The notes: a model not told the origin generated them from the sequence alone. Positions 11,622 through 25,143 are shown, counted from the first letter of the stretch. The stretch is 64,000 nt of DNA from Adineta vaga (GCA_021613535.1 CP075492.1:11780001-11844000); one strand, 5' to 3'. Numbers and translations: made by a program.

Positions 11622-13131
11622 CTATTTAGAAATTTGAATTATATCATCATCGATACGATTGATATTCAATTGTTTATTTTTCACAAGTAATTCAAAATAA
11701 TAATATTCGGTTTCAGAAAAATTTTGACGTTGAATTACAAATGGTTCAGATGTTTCATTCGATTGAATCAATTGATTAAGAAGAGAATCGATCTGCGAAC
11801 GAAATTCATCTGAAATAGCAATACACGAAAGCATATTTTCGAGATCATTTCTAAAACGAAACCGAAATTAAATAGAATTCAAATGAATAAAATAACTTAC
11901 GAATTTGTTTCTTGTAATGTAAATGTTTGATCGGATTTTTTCTGTTTTAATACATCTAAAGCATGATTTATTTTCGTAACTTCATTTAATATATCTCGAT
12001 TTTGTGGATCAATAACAACCGCTTTCGATAGATATTTTTTTGCTTCATCCAATTGATTTAATGATCGAAGTGATACACTTGCACGAAATAATGCTTTTAA
12101 ATTATTGGGTTCAATAACGAGAGCATCACGACATGCTCGAAAACATTTTTCAAAATCATCCAAACGAAGATAACATTGTGCTAAAAGATGACATGAACAA
12201 ATAGCAAATGAACGAAATGTTTTGTGTTACATTTACCTGAATTCAAGTGAAGTTTTAATAACAATTGATGATATTGTTCTTCATGTTTACCATCGATCAA
12301 TGTTACTTTATTATGAATTAATTGTCGAGCTTTATTATAACTTCGTAATGCACGATCTAATTGACCATTGGCATATTCTTCATTGCCAATATTACGTAAT
12401 GATTGTGCTAATCGTATTCGTTTGGCGAAATCATCGATTTGATGTCGATTTGTTGGACTTTTTATTAATAATTGATCATCATTGAAGATCGTTGATGGTT
12501 CATTTGTTATTAAAAGTTCGAATACATATAGACACCACGCTGATTCAGGTATATGTGGAATACAACCAAGTTCACCATATAATAAATCACTACTGATAAT
12601 AAATTTTGCACGTTCACGTCGTTGCATTGTACTAACAGCAAGATCAATACCAGGAAGAACATCACATTTTCCACTACGAAATTCAAGTGGACGACGACGT
12701 TTGAAAGATGTATCAAATGGTTCATCTCGATGTTCGAAATAAGCATAATAATGTAATCGACTAGAGAATCAAAAAGAAATTGAAACTAGCATCAAATCTA
12801 ACGAAATAACTTACACACAAGCACCCAGAGTTGGCTTTTGTCCAATTCCATTATGAATTGTTTCTTTCCATATTCCACCTTTCAATTCAGTATCTAATAC
12901 ATTATCATTCTTCATCTGTCGTCCATCAATTCCATTTGTTGAAATAATATGTTGCATTTTTGTAGTTTGTTCACTGAATGATAATGTTCCATCAATACGT
13001 CGTTGTCGATGGAATGGTTCAATATGAGGTCCACGATTATATCGAGAATTAGGATCATCTTCTTCATCAAGATTGGTATTCAAACCATCATTTTCACTGA
13101 TATTTATTGGTTTGACTGATATTGATTGCAT
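11622..13131 (-). CDS. FKBP6: FKBP6/Shutdown-like inactive PPIase-TPR co-chaperone (4 exons)
   Basis: FKBP domain HYYAYFEHRDEPFDTS...MQRRERAKFIISSDLLYGELGCIPHIP, matching the FKBP6 YGxLGCPPxIP pattern; TPRs GNEEYANG, EPNNLKALFRA. Confidence 0.85.
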
Positions 13132-14042
13132 ATTTCAAAATTTATTTTGTTTATTCTAAAACAGAAATAAGTTTAATTATATCTGATCTAATATAAGATC
13201 GTTTTGGATCAATTTGATTATTGTGACTCTCCTCAAATCATCTACCATCCAATCGTTCTGTTTTTTTTTCTCGTAATCAATCATCTATATCGAATGCACA
13301 AGTGTGTTTTACCTTTCCATTTATAGCTTATCGAGTTTGTATGCGGAAAGAATTAGAAATACTAGAGTTTTTCTCTGCCATGATCTTGTCTGTTAAACAA
13401 GAACATGTAAGAAGCAGTCCATAAAATCAAATTCATTGACTATCTCCAATAGAGTTTTCGAAGGATTTTGTTCAAGAGTATTGCCTGTTCAATACATTTA
13501 GATTTATAACTTTAATATCCAACATTTTTCTGAAATGAAAAAGTATTATGACGAATATATATTTTCATCATAGAAATATCGAATAATTCAGAAGTAGACA
13601 ATCAAATTTTTATCTTCGATTCGATCTCTAAATCTAAAATATGGGAAAAAAATCTTATTTGTTATCTTCATATATGGTTGTGTGGAATTTATCCTCTGCT
13701 ACTCGGCATATAATGACATCTATCTTTTCTGTCGGCAACCAATTTTACGTATCGGCTTGTGTTTTGTTCTCATATAGAATAACAAGGTTTGTAAACAGAA
13801 GTAAACAGAAAGTCATTTGAGCTTTGATTAGTTGTGTTATTTCTTGAATTTAATCGAAAATTTCAAGTGACTTTTTTCGTTGAAAATAAAATTGTTTTTT
13901 TTTCTTATTTTTAGTTGTTATTTTTTCCGTTGTCTCGTCCATTTCTTTTTTTTGCGATGCTCGTCAATGTTGTTCGTCAATATTCGTTTTCGTCTCGTTT
14001 ATTATTCATGTATCTTTCTTTATCATTGATGATCAATTTCTC

Positions 14043-15527
14043 ATGATGAATACAACTGGAAATCTCGCAACCTCACCTACATCTTCAACATCAACAGCAG
14101 CTATTTCGACATTAAATCTCGATAATAAACATGAACCTGATGCTGATGCTATTAAAATGTTTTGTGGACAAATTCCACGAAATATGAATGAATCTGAATT
14201 ACGTGAAATCTTTGAACAGTTTGGTCCTGTCTTTCAATTGAATGTTTTACGTGACAAACAAAGTGGTGAATCGAAAGGTTGTTGTTTTGTTACATATTAT
14301 ACAAGAAAAGCAGCATTAGATGCCCAAAATGCTCTACATAATTTACGGACCTTGAATGGTAGTCATCATCCAATACAAATGAAACCAGCAGATACAGAAA
14401 ATCGAAATGGTAAGAGTAAAAAGATAAATAACGAAAGTTTTCTTTTTTATATTCGTCTAGAACGAAAATTATTTGTTGGAATGATCTCGAAAACGTTTGA
14501 TGAACAAAATATTCGTACACTTTTTCTATCCTATGGACCTATTGAAGATTGTACTGTTCTTCGCGATGCTAATGGAAAGAGTCGTGGTAAGAATTTAAAT
14601 GAAAAGAATAATTAATACAAGATAAACGTTAACTTGTGTTTAAGGATGTGCTTTTATAACATTTCAAAAACGTCAATGTGCTATCAATGCCATAAAATCC
14701 ATGCATCAATCTCAGACTATGGAGGTGAAATACATTGAATTCAGTTAATTCTCTAAATAACAATAAGAAATTCATTTAAGGGTTGTTCATCTCCACTTGT
14801 TGTTAAATTTGCTGATACACCAAAAGATAAAGAAACAAAAAAAGTTCAACAACAATACCCTAACTATAATAATACTCTTATGCAACAGATCAATCCAACA
14901 AATTCAATGGTATTATTAATATAGACTTTTTAAATTGCTTACAGTTGCTAATTCTTAGTCAGCATTTGAGATGTATATATTATAAAAGAAATGTGATCTG
15001 TCAGATGAAACGGAGATATCAACAACAGAGTTTGATTATTATAGTAGTCAATTAGAATCGACAACTGACGTGTACTATCATCTGTCTATAAATACGATAT
15101 GTACTCAATTTCATATCAGATAAGTCCGAGTAACATTTTAGACTTTTGTAACGCTTAGATTACAAATATTAGTAATAGAAATGATCGTTGAATTTCGATT
15201 TTAATTATAGCCTAACTCTCAAACTATGAATGGATATAATTTTATACCGGAACTGAGTAATTTAGTATTTCTTCAACAATTATTGAAAAATTATGGTTTT
15301 ATTGGTACTAATGGCAATGGTAACTAAATCAAAATCATTCATTTCTTTGATCGACTATTGTCATTATTTAATTTTAGCAATTAATTTTCCAGCATTAAAT
15401 AATCTTTTACAAATGTTTACAAATAATATGACACTCAACGGAAATAAATTACCGATTTTAGTACCATCAAATTCATCAAATTCATCAACTTCTCAACATG
15501 GAACTAATCAATCACTAGATATTCAAG

Positions 15528-15558
<31 letters not shown>

Positions 15559-16575
15559 GACTCTTAATTCACCTCGATCCCCTTTATCATCCCATTCGAA
15601 CAATGCATCCTATAATACTGATTCATCTTTACTCATCTGTGGACCAAATGGTAATAGTCCACAAAATACTCATCTAAATCCAAATAGTAGTTTATCGTCC
15701 AATATACCAACACCCAATACTGGTCCTTATCTTCCCACAATGTCTCCACTTTATACTAATAATACAAATTCATTATCAAATGCTAGTGCAGGTAAAATCT
15801 GAATTGATTAATATTTTAAATACAAGAGACTCTCTATCATTTAGATGCTCATCATAATCTACAAAATCTTGTTGCAATGTCACAAGTAAATAATGCAGGT
15901 AAGTTAATACTCTGTTCATCGATTGTAAATAATTAATTTTTATTTGAAAAGGTCTTCTACCAGCAGCAAATTCATCGGGAACAGCATCTGGTAAGTTAGA
16001 ATTTGAAATCTCTATTTAAACGAATTTGTTATCGCTGGTTTTTCTAGCTTCATTTCCTGTTTTTCCATCATCTTCATATCTTTCTTCTCAAGTCGCTGGT
16101 AAACATACCGAAGGTTTGTTGTCACATCATTTGTACACAACACTAGAGTTCGTTTTTTTCCTTTTCAACTAGGTCCTGATGGTGCTAATCTTTTTATTTA
16201 TCATCTTCCACAAGAATGCAGTGACACAGATTTAGCTCAAGCGTTTGCACCATTCGGACCGATTATATCTGCGAAAGTATTCGTTGACAAAACTACAAAT
16301 CGAAGTAAATGTTTTGGTAAGTATTCTTCTATTCAATTCATTATTCTCTTCTTCTTCTTTTTCTCAAAGGTTTTGTTAGTTTTGATAATCCAACATGTGC
16401 TCAAGCAGCCATCAATCAAATGAATGGTTGTCAAATTGGTACAAAACGACTTAAAGTTCAATTGAAAAAACATCGAATTGAATCCAATCATACTAACTCT
16501 ACTAATCCAACTCAAACAAATTTAAACCATCATCCAGGAAATTCTCCGACAACAACAAAGAAATCATCTTATTAA
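14043..16575 (+). CDS. CELF: CUGBP/Elav-like (CELF/bruno) RNA-binding protein, three RRMs
   Basis: [39 protein letters not shown]|[21 protein letters not shown]; RRM3 [16 protein letters not shown]...SKCF|GFVSFDN...KRLKVQLK. Confidence 0.96.
15530..15559 (+). repeat. (CAA)9CAG polyglutamine microsatellite in the CELF linker
   Basis: Read directly; encodes Q10. Confidence 0.95.
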
Positions 16576-17198
16576 ATTCGCATGTTTATATCTTTATTAT
16601 TTTATTTCAAATATACGCATATATTGTTATTTTTATTGTCTTTTGTAACATATTCGTTCTTGTTCGATTCATTAACAGAAGATGCATCATTTTGCATGAT
16701 TGTATAAGTATATTTGCGGGATTCTCTTCCTATTACTATATTATTTTTTGTTTTGTTTTGCAGTGTTATTCTTCTTTTAGATTTCTTTCTTATTGTTATT
16801 ATGATTAGTCTTGAACATTTACGTATTTTTCTTTTCATATTTAACGTTTTATTGGTTTTTTAAAGCGAAACTAACGTTTAATTGTCTTTTGTCGATTGTT
16901 TTCCTTATTCTCAGTGTTTCGTTTTTTCTTCTTCTTCTTCTTCTTCTTCATTGTCGATTGTTTTACGTTGTTGTTCTGTTTTGAATCAACACGACTATTA
17001 TAAACAAACAGAAAACAGATTATGATCAAGATACGCATATCGATATTCGTTTCTCAGGAAATTTTACGTGAGCATGACAGATATGATTCTTATTCGTAAC
17101 AGAATATTATGAATTCTTAGAGCAGATCTGGATTATTCAGTATTTATTTAGGTTGTATATTAAAAAATGAAAGTGAAAGTTTAAAAGAAAAGGACGCA

Positions 17199-17766
17199 TT
17201 AAAAAGTGACTTCAGTTTTCTCTTCTACTGGATTTTCTTGTTTAACAACTTGTTTTGAACGTGTCCATCGACGTGGTAGAATAGCATCACCTAAAGTATC
17301 GAATGATTGTTTGTATGATGAAACAACTTCTGAAACAGTTAATATTGGCTGAACTTGACATAAATTCGGCATTTCAGCAACAATATAGTTATCATCACCA
17401 TTGAAATGTTCCCCGCCATTCTTTTCCATAGGAACATCAGCAACACAGTATGCTGGCGGTGACAATTTTTTCTTAAGATTTCTTACTCTAAACAAATCAT
17501 ATATACGGCAAAATCAACAGATAATTCAACGAAAGGTCTTACATAAGGTACGCTAAACATGTGCCAATGATAGTACATAAAGCAGTTCCACTAACAATAC
17601 CAACTGTAAATGAATAATGCCAAACTACTACAATGATTAATTGAGATTAAACACGTATTAGGAAACATCATAATCAAAGAAAATACTTACTCATATTTGA
17701 TTTATCTTCAGCGCAAACGAACTTTTGCAACATGAAAACGAATATTATACTGATGAGAGAAAACAT
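17199..17766 (-). CDS. Orphan small type I membrane protein with tiny ectodomain and Tyr-motif tail (3 exons)
   Basis: Exon 1 (17766-17691) MFSLISIIFVFMLQKFVCAEDKSNM; exon 2 TM FTVGIVSGTALCTIIGTCLAYLI; exon 3 joins in frame to the tracked ORF VRNLKKKLSPPAYCVADVP... Confidence 0.72.
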
Positions 17767-18504
17767 TCTTTTCAATCGAATGTCTACAATCAAATGACTG
17801 CTTTCTTTTTGAAGAATATTTTTATAACTATAAGTCAATTAAATTCATCATCATCATTAGAAAGGACATATGTTGATTCTATCAATTGAATATAACATTT
17901 CGATTGCTCAATAATATTTCCTTCCAGCAATCAATGAATTTTCATCGAAATGATATAAATTAGTCTATCGAGTTTGTCCTTGCAATGAGAGCAAGAGGAA
18001 GAAGAATATGCGTTTATCTTGTTGTTGATCATCGTTTAACTTGTTGCCTGTGAAGTTTGCTTTTTTTGACATGAGATGTTGAAATCAATAAAGATAGATA
18101 ATGCATCCATGATTTTTTCAAAGCAATAATTTCAATTGGTTTCTTTACCAAGGTATATTATTCAAGGGTAGGGAATATTTGGTACTACCCCTTAAAGATT
18201 TTTATCTATCCGAAAGATAAATATATCGTGTAGTGAACTTAAATAAAATCATATTGTTTTGCCGATAGTTTTTGTATTGTGAATCAATAATATTAATGTT
18301 TGAAAAGCATCTAAATGAATATGATAAGGGAGGTCGCACATTGCCGCTGTTAAACATACAAAAACTTTCGCTGCAAGAAAACGATTGGTCGATCGTCATT
18401 TCACGTGTTATCATTTTTCTTCGTTCGTTTTTTGTTTTACTATACTATTTTCTATATCTATTGACTAATGTTTGACTTGTAATAGTTATTTTTCTAGCAT
18501 TCCT

Positions 18505-21077
18505 ATGGCTAATGACAAAATCTTATATGAACGAAGTCAAGTTTTCATCAAAGATCGTTTACCAAAAACGGAAACACGAGATGGATCACTTGATGAAATA
18601 ACTGGCACAATAATAATTACTTCAAATGATCGTGGTCGATTCTTTCGTTTTCTGCCAAAAGGTATGGACGACAATGTTACAGATGAATGGGCATTAGTCA
18701 GTGGTGGTCAATCATCAATATCTTTTAAAAATACTAAAAGTGAAAATAATTCTCTTTCATTTTCACCAAATCCTCTATTGAAATTTCGTATTTTCTTCAA
18801 TATTAATACATTACGAAGTATTCGTCGACATCATATGAATCATGGTATTGCCGATATGGTCTTTGCACTTCAAGATGGCACAACATTTCCAACATTTCAT
18901 TTTAATCTTGGTGGTAGTAAAGAACTTTTGGAACTACTTGGTCAATATTTGAGACTTGAAAAGTAACGATTTTGCTTGGAAATTGAAGAGAATATTATTC
19001 GCTTATTTTAGATCACCACGAGATAATCGCTTGCATATTGTAAGAGAAGAAATTCCACAAGAAAATCTTCCACAACAAGTCAGTGCTTTTGATCAAATGA
19101 ATTTATTCGACAATTCACATGATATTTTCAAACGAATTGTTCGTAAAAAAATAAACAAAGATCTCTAAATAAAAACTAGAAACTTTTTCTTTAGAAAGCA
19201 TCTGACTCTCGTCGAACAGCAATTGAGAAATTTTCTCGTGTAACACATTTTTTCAAAGATGCCCTACTTGGTCAAAATGATCTGATTTCAACTAGTGATC
19301 ATTCAGAACAAATGATCGAACCCGATATAACAGCATTGATGCAATCATTCAGTGAAGAATTACGCGAATCAAATAATGATGGTTTTGAAGTGATTTATAA
19401 AGTAGAGAATTGTTTTTTCTTCTAATCTAGACATTCGATATTTGATTTTTTCCATTCATATTTAGGTTGATTTTAAAAAATTACCAGAAGTTATTCGTTA
19501 TCCAGCATTGACAAGTAAAGAATGGGAAATGTGTTTGGATAAAGAAGGACGTATAATTAATGTTGAAAGGATGAAAGAACGAATCTTTCGTGGTGGATTA
19601 GAATCAAATGCATTACGAAGTGAAGTTTGGAAATTTTTATTAAATTATTATCCATGGTCATCAACATTCGACGAACGAATTGAATTAGCTAAACAAAAAG
19701 AATCAGAATATTTTGCAATGAAATTACAATGGAAATCTATGAACGAACAACAAAAACAAAGAAATAATCTGTTCAGAGATCGGGAATCTTTGATTGGTAA
19801 AGATACGATTCGACATTTTTAGTTATTTGAATGTGTGAGTTTCGTTCGACAAGGAAATTTTCATAAGAAATCAATGGCTATAACGAATAGATAGAGAGAA
19901 GATCTAATTACATTTGTGAATTGTGAAGTTTCTACTAATATTGTTCTATGTCTATATGTGTCTACTTTTAGACAAAGATGTTATTCGTACGGATCGAACT
20001 CACGTTTACTTTCAAGGTGATAATAATATCCATCTCGAAGTTTTACATGATGTTTTAATGACTTATAATATGTTTAATTTTGATCTGGGTAAATTGATTC
20101 TAATTAGCAGAATTTCTTTTTTTGAGTGGAGTTCTTTTTTGAAGGTTATGTGCAAGGTATGAATGATTTATTAAGTCCAATATTGATTGTAATGGAAAAT
20201 GAAGTCGATGCATTTTGGTGTTTTGTTGGATTAATGGAACGGATGCAACAAAATTTTCATATGGATCAATCGCATATTAAACGTCAACTTGGCAATCTTC
20301 ATACACTTCTTCAATTTATTGACGCTGAACTTGCTAATTATTTGGGTACGAAATAAAAACTTTTCATAAACCATTTCTTCTTATAAAATGTACTTTTTAG
20401 CTGAAAATAATTCTAGTAATATGTATTTTTTCTTTCGTTGGATGTTGATCTGTTTCAAACGTGAATTTTCTTTCGAAGATGTGATGTATTTATGGGAGGT
20501 AATGAAGATGAACAATTTTCTTCTTTAGACAATATCATTCTATTTGGTATTTAGGTTTTATGGACAGATCATCCATGTGAAAATTTTGAATTATTAGTTT
20601 GTTTGGCTATTTTAATATCACAAAAAACAGTTATCATGGAATCAAAATTTGGTTGTAACGAAATTCTTAAAGTAGATTCTTTCTTTCAAATCGATTTCTA
20701 GTCATTTTGACATCTTCTTCTTGTTTTCATAGCATATCAATGATCTTTCACTTAAAGTTCAATTGGAACCATTATTGAAACATGCTGAAGGTCTTTATAT
20801 TCTCTTAAAAGAACACGATCAAGCAACGCCTGGTCTCCCACCACAAATCTCAGCAATTCTATTTCCAAATCAGAATAGAAATCTTAAAAAATCAACTAAA
20901 CAAGATGGTCATGATTCTGATTCAGATGCAACATCGACGATTTCATCTGTCAAATCATCACGTGGTCCATCACCTAATCCTGATGTTGAACGTAAACCTC
21001 GCACGAGACATTTAACTGAATCACATTCAATCGATGAAAACGATAGTGCAGTTGTTAGTCATACGAAAAAGACTTAA
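18505..21077 (+). CDS. TBC1D15: Rab-GAP TBC1D15/TBC1D17 family
   Basis: IFRGGL...LRSEVWKFLLNYYPW, I|DKDVIRTDR, YNMFNFDL|GYVQGMNDLLSP, MYFFFRWMLICFKREF; N-terminal domain with LQDGTTFPTFHF. Confidence 0.93.
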
Positions 21078-21271
21078 TTCTTGTACTTTTTCTTTTCGTT
21101 TGTTTCATTGATTCTTTGTTTTACTTCGGTGTTCAATTCTCGTTCAAATAATTCTGTTCGAGAACAAACATACAAAATAATATCAATCCTTCAAGTGTTT
21201 TTCTTTTTCTGTACTCGTCTAACGACATATATAAATATCTATATATAAATCTTTATTTATTCTAGATAAAG

Positions 21272-21907
21272 ATGAGTGAACAGAATTTAATCGACGAAAA
21301 TGTTGATTCAGACGAAGATGAAGATGATGATTATTGTCCAACGAAAACTAATCAACAACACTCAGATTCTAGTGCTGATTCTGAAGATGATAATGATGAA
21401 ACTACTGAAGATAAGGAAAAAATTGCCAGTAAAAATCAATTGGATGTTACTCCTTACGATGAATCTAAAACAGATGAATTGTGGAAAAATTTCACAAGTA
21501 GTACAACAAAAGTATCAGATAAGTCCAAGCCAACAACTGAACAATCAAATCTACAACCAAAAGTAACAACTAAGGTATTCGAATATGCCGGTGAAAAAGT
21601 TTCAGTACCAGTGAAAACTCCAATTGCAACACCAACAGCAGCAGTAGCAACAAGTCCATCACTGAAACGACCAGCAACAACATCTAGTTCTTTACTTGAT
21701 CGTCTTGGCATCAGTAAAAAACAAAAATTATCAACATTAGAAAAATCTCGTCTTGATTGGAGTGCTCACAAAGAATCAGAAGCCTTGATAGATGATCTCG
21801 ATTCACATCGACGTAGTAAAGATTCATATGTAGAAAGAAAAGCCTTCTTGGAACGAACAGAAGCACGTGAACATGATCATTATTTAACTAATGCAAAAAA
21901 GAAATGA
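21272..21907 (+). CDS. CFDP1: Craniofacial development protein 1 / BCNT (Swc5/Yeti)
   Basis: Acidic N-terminus DSDEDEDDDYCP, KVFEYAGEKV, BCNT domain KLSTLEKSRLDW...SYVERKAFLER. Confidence 0.93.
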   Translation: MSEQNLIDENVDSDEDEDDDYCPTKTNQQHSDSSADSEDDNDETTEDKEKIASKNQLDVTPYDESKTDELWKNFTSSTTKVSDKSKPTTEQSNLQPKVTTKVFEYAGEKVSVPVKTPIATPTAAVATSPSLKRPATTSSSLLDRLGISKKQKLSTLEKSRLDWSAHKESEALIDDLDSHRRSKDSYVERKAFLERTEAREHDHYLTNAKKK

Positions 21908-23678
21908 ATTCTTGTTATATAGATAATATTTAGAAAATAAAGAAAATCTCATTGTATTTTGTCGTTGACTGAATAAAACATGAAATATATTTTGTACTAA
22001 TGTGAAGTGTATAGTTCTTCGTTAAATTCTCGTACAGGAAACACGAAGGTTCATTCTTTTCTTCTGTATGACATAAGTGCTATAGCACTTAGTTCATGTC
22101 AAAAGAACGGTCAAGTACATTTCACTATTATGTCTTATTCACCGCCCACTTAAAGTTTTTTTTTCTCAGAATTATTCATTGCGATACAATACAAGTCATT
22201 TGCCTGAGAATAATATATCGTGAATACAAATGGTGCTTTTAATTGTATTTGATAGAAACAGTAAAGAATCTATTTAAAAATCAAAATTTGAGCAAAGCAT
22301 CAAGAAATAGAATCTGTTAATGGAAATATAAGGTAGTTTTAGATATATTTTAATCTAGCTTGTTGATTTGTAAATCGTTTTAAATTCTTTACTTCTAATA
22401 AATCATACGACAGTAATTGTGTCTCAAAGAAAAAAATCAACCTTCGTTGTGAAGAAATTTGTGGTCTGTTGATTCTAAAAAAAACATTTTATCTGATCTG
22501 ATGTGTGATTGTTAATAGACTATAAAAAGCTTTGTTTATTGTTTTAACTAAATATCAAGAACACTTCTCATTTTTATAACTTCTCTGTACTATTGTCAAC
22601 GTGCTGACAAAACATCACATTTGGATACAATGCTTTAACAGTTTCTCAATAATTTCGATCTGTTCGTTCTTGTCTATTATGTCAAATCATTGACAAATAT
22701 TCATTCAGCAATAAAACAATTCTTTATATAGACAAGACGTGAGAAAATTCTATAGATCAAACTCAGTCTTAAGGGTAAGATTACTTCTTGTGTATAATAC
22801 TATTTCTATTGATTGGTCACGAAGATTAAAGAAGAGAACTACAATGACAATATATAGACGTCTAAAAAAATCATCTATTGTCAGAAAAGTCAGAGCTAAA
22901 TACTCAATAATCATTGAAAGGACTATTTCAAACACCAAAATTTTAACAATCCTTGTATTATTTTATCCATTCGATCGTTCAGTCATTTTGCTTTGATCAT
23001 AACCATATGTGCACATATACATTAACGTCAAATGCTCAATGTACAAATAGCCAGGCTTAGTAGAAGTAATGCAATTGAATTTCTCTTACTTTGATATTGA
23101 AATAAGAAGTGGTTTACATCTTTCTGTTCTTTCTTTTTTCTTGCTTTCTCTCTCTCTCACTCTTTCATATGTAATAATGTCTCAGTTTAGTCGTCAATTC
23201 TTCGTTCTTTACAAGAGGAGAACAGCAAGAAAAAAAACCGATGCAGAATAAAAGTAAATGTATGTTACGAGGAAACCAGTCACTATTCATTTCAGTCGTA
23301 AAATAAGACACAACGAGTCATATATATATATATATGTATGTTCGTAACTATAATTTTCTTTCTTACATCAGGTCAACTATATTAGTCTTTCTTTTTACTC
23401 ACAATAGTATTAAGAAGGAGAGTGAAAGGATAATAATAACAATAGAGAAGTAGTCGCCGTCATCGTCTACGTGTACAAAAAGATCTGAGAGGTAGTTACA
23501 TCAATACAATTCGATATGCCGTATTATACTATTTGCCCCGTAGAAATGTAGACAGACATTGAAGGAAAGAAAGAGAAAAAGAAATAAAACAAGGATTCTA
23601 GTCATTGACAACCTATAAAATCATTCGCATTTTTTTTTCAGTATATGATGTTATATTGACAAGTCATATGTATAAAAA

Positions 23679-24959
23679 ATGTATCCTCAATATGCACAAC
23701 GTAAGTTCTTTTGAAGAAATCATTTCCTTAATTATACAAAAATAAATCACAGGTCAAACAGGAGGTGAAATCGCCATCTGGCTCTTAATTACCGTTGGTG
23801 CACTTCTTATTCCGATTATTGCCATTGCTATTTGTTGTATACGACGCCAGTAAGTGTTCAATACTTGACTGTTGTTAATCAGATGACAGTAGTCAATAGA
23901 TAAGATATTTCAATTGCGTAAAAATACTATGTTTGCAGACATCGCAGTCATTTTTCTCGTTCCGTTCTCGTAAGTTTTTCTGCTCAATTAAAATGCTGCT
24001 TTACTTCTTATTCTCTTGCTAATATTGATTCTTATGAATGTGTGATTACTCAATTCATTCACACATATCTATAAATTATTCTTACGTTCACAGCTGTTGG
24101 CAAAATATTCCTGCTCGTCGTCCAGCATCTTCTCTCGCTATTGTTACTAACAATGATGAGTTACTAACTAATTCGAATTCATTACCACATCATATGTGGA
24201 ATTCGTATGTACGTGAATGAAATCGAACGAAAAAAGAAATCATTGAGATTTATATATATATATTATATATGTTGAAGCTTTATGTTCGAAATGTATTTGA
24301 CGTTGGTGTATTCTATGTGTTTTATTTGTTCACATTTGATTTCATATACTTTTTTTGATTCTGCACCATTTTTTGCACTTGAAAACGATGATTAGATGTA
24401 AACGAATGCATGTAATGATTTTTTTTTGTGGCAATTTTAGCTTGACAAGAAGACCCCAAATAAATTTGATGGCCAACCATTCCCTACGTATGATGATGAA
24501 TACGAAACGGGCAGAGGCTCTACGGTAAATATGAAACTGCTTTGATTGTCATTTGTAAATTGATAGTTCTTTAGTTCGTATAATGGTCCTTATACAGAAT
24601 CTGGCTATGAAGATGGAAGTGTGCTATCTGAAAAGAATATAAGCTTAAATCTATCACGTACAAGTTCATTAAGAAAACAACATGTCCATTGGCCAGATGG
24701 AACAACAGTAAAAACTGATGAAAGCTCTTCCATAAAAAAGCCACCATGGTCGGATGATAATATATTAACCACTACTACTCTTACTGAATCTCCATCATCT
24801 CATCGTCGTTCGGCTCATACGTCATTAGCTATTAAACATCTTATTGAAACTGCTATTATTCCTGCTGGTTCAACTATTCCAACTACTGATATAAGCCAGT
24901 TTTTAAATCTATCAAAAGAAATTGCATCTATTCCAACTGAAAATAATTATATTGTATAA
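23679..24959 (+). CDS. Orphan type III single-pass membrane adaptor-like protein
   Basis: Exons 23679-23700, 23753-23849 (TM IAIWLLITVGALLIPIIAIAICCIRR), 24094-24208 or 23939-23969, 24441-24524 and 24567-24959 join in frame. The last junction needs a short 42-nt intron. Confidence 0.65.
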
Positions 24960-25143
24960 TTCATTTGTTTTATCCTTTCTTTTTTTTGTATATTTTAACA
25001 TGAGTTCTTTTTCTTCTTCTTCTTGCTATAATAGAACAAAAGTGATAGAATATAAAAATCATGTACACGACTGTAATTTGAATTAAATTGCATAAAAATA
25101 TTACAAAAGAAAAAAAACCCATATTTCATTTAATCAAAGAAAA

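Noticed and set aside
18164-18195. Short imperfect inverted repeat aagggtag...ctacccctt, possible MITE remnant
   Set aside because: Too short, single copy in the window, and no clear target-site duplication.
23319-23335. (AT)n microsatellites here and near 35616, 35879, 37002, 39119, 47641 and 57453
   Set aside because: Ordinary simple repeats in introns and intergenic DNA.
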